DNA from: Callorhinchus milii
Taxonomy: Eukaryota
Direction: 5' to 3'
Length of the DNA: 64,000 nucleotides
Assembly: GCF_018977255.1 (NCBI RefSeq)
Contig: NW_024704742.1
Coordinates: 26,166,001-26,230,000 of the forward strand
The notes under the pieces are model-generated. The model worked only from the letters and a program-made list of their open reading frames with translations, did no database searches and had not been told where the DNA came from. The first letter of the stretch is position 1; each line of letters opens with the position of its first letter. Shown here in pieces: positions 63,401 through 64,000 of this stretch. Position numbers and translations under genes: made by a program.

Positions 63401-64000
63401 CTAAAATTAAACAGGTCATCAATTTTTGAAATATACACCAAGTGAAAAATGCAAGATATGATAATTATCATCAAATCACCAATACTAATAGGCAATAATT
63501 GTCACAAGGATACAGAAATGCAGTCATTTTTCCCCACTCTCTGAAACTCCATCCCAGAATCCCTCCAACTGTCCTTTCAGTTACCTTTCTCTACCCTCAG
63601 CTCAGGCTCTCCATTAGCTGTGTGAAACCCTTTGAGGTATCCTCCCGACGTGAACATATACATTTATTGTTCTTGTTCTTATAAATCTGTCATTAATAGC
63701 AACTTTTGGACTGAACACTTTCTTTTCCACATCATTTGTAGGATAGCTTCACATTCCCACGCTTTCAGAATTTTTAATACATTTTTTTTCATCTAAAGCC
63801 ATTTTTCCTGGCCCAGTGCAGCATTTGAACTTTTAAAATGAATGTGTAAATTCTTTTTGAGACTGTACATGGGTGAAATAAGTTTGAATCGTTATGTTCT
63901 TAGCCCCACTATAAAATAAACTGAAAGATCAGTAAAAAGCCTGAGGAAGAAACCCTTCTCCCTACGTTTTGTGGGTGCTCAGGCCCAAATTTGTCATTAA

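Overview
Vertebrate genomic DNA, most likely from a cartilaginous fish (holocephalan/elephant-shark-like, inferred from the SINE/L2/CR1 repeat landscape). Two spliced genes lie in tandem on the minus strand. (1) The 5' part of CRMP1 (DPYSL1): alternative first exons at 26016-26390 (long isoform) and 22591-22635 (short isoform), plus exons 2-5 at 7314-7402, 2801-2985, 2433-2597 and 952-1013; the gene continues past base 1. (2) The 3' part of an unrecognised RIMS-binding-protein-like gene: nine phase-compatible GT-AG exons between 63400 and 35036 encoding about 497 aa with an SH3 - linker - single FN3 - SH3 - tail layout, plus a probable 3' UTR of about 3.1 kb ending near 31.9 kb. It sits where human C4orf50 lies relative to CRMP1, and it is the most interesting finding. 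The CRMP1 promoter/first-exon zone is packed with microsatellites, a structured minisatellite and G-rich tracts. The rest is intronic or intergenic, with tRNA-derived SINEs, DeuSINE-like elements, L2 and CR1 fragments, several nested insertions, an unclassified dispersed repeat and one atypical reverse-transcriptase relic. Repeat boundaries are approximate; exon boundaries were read from splice signals.
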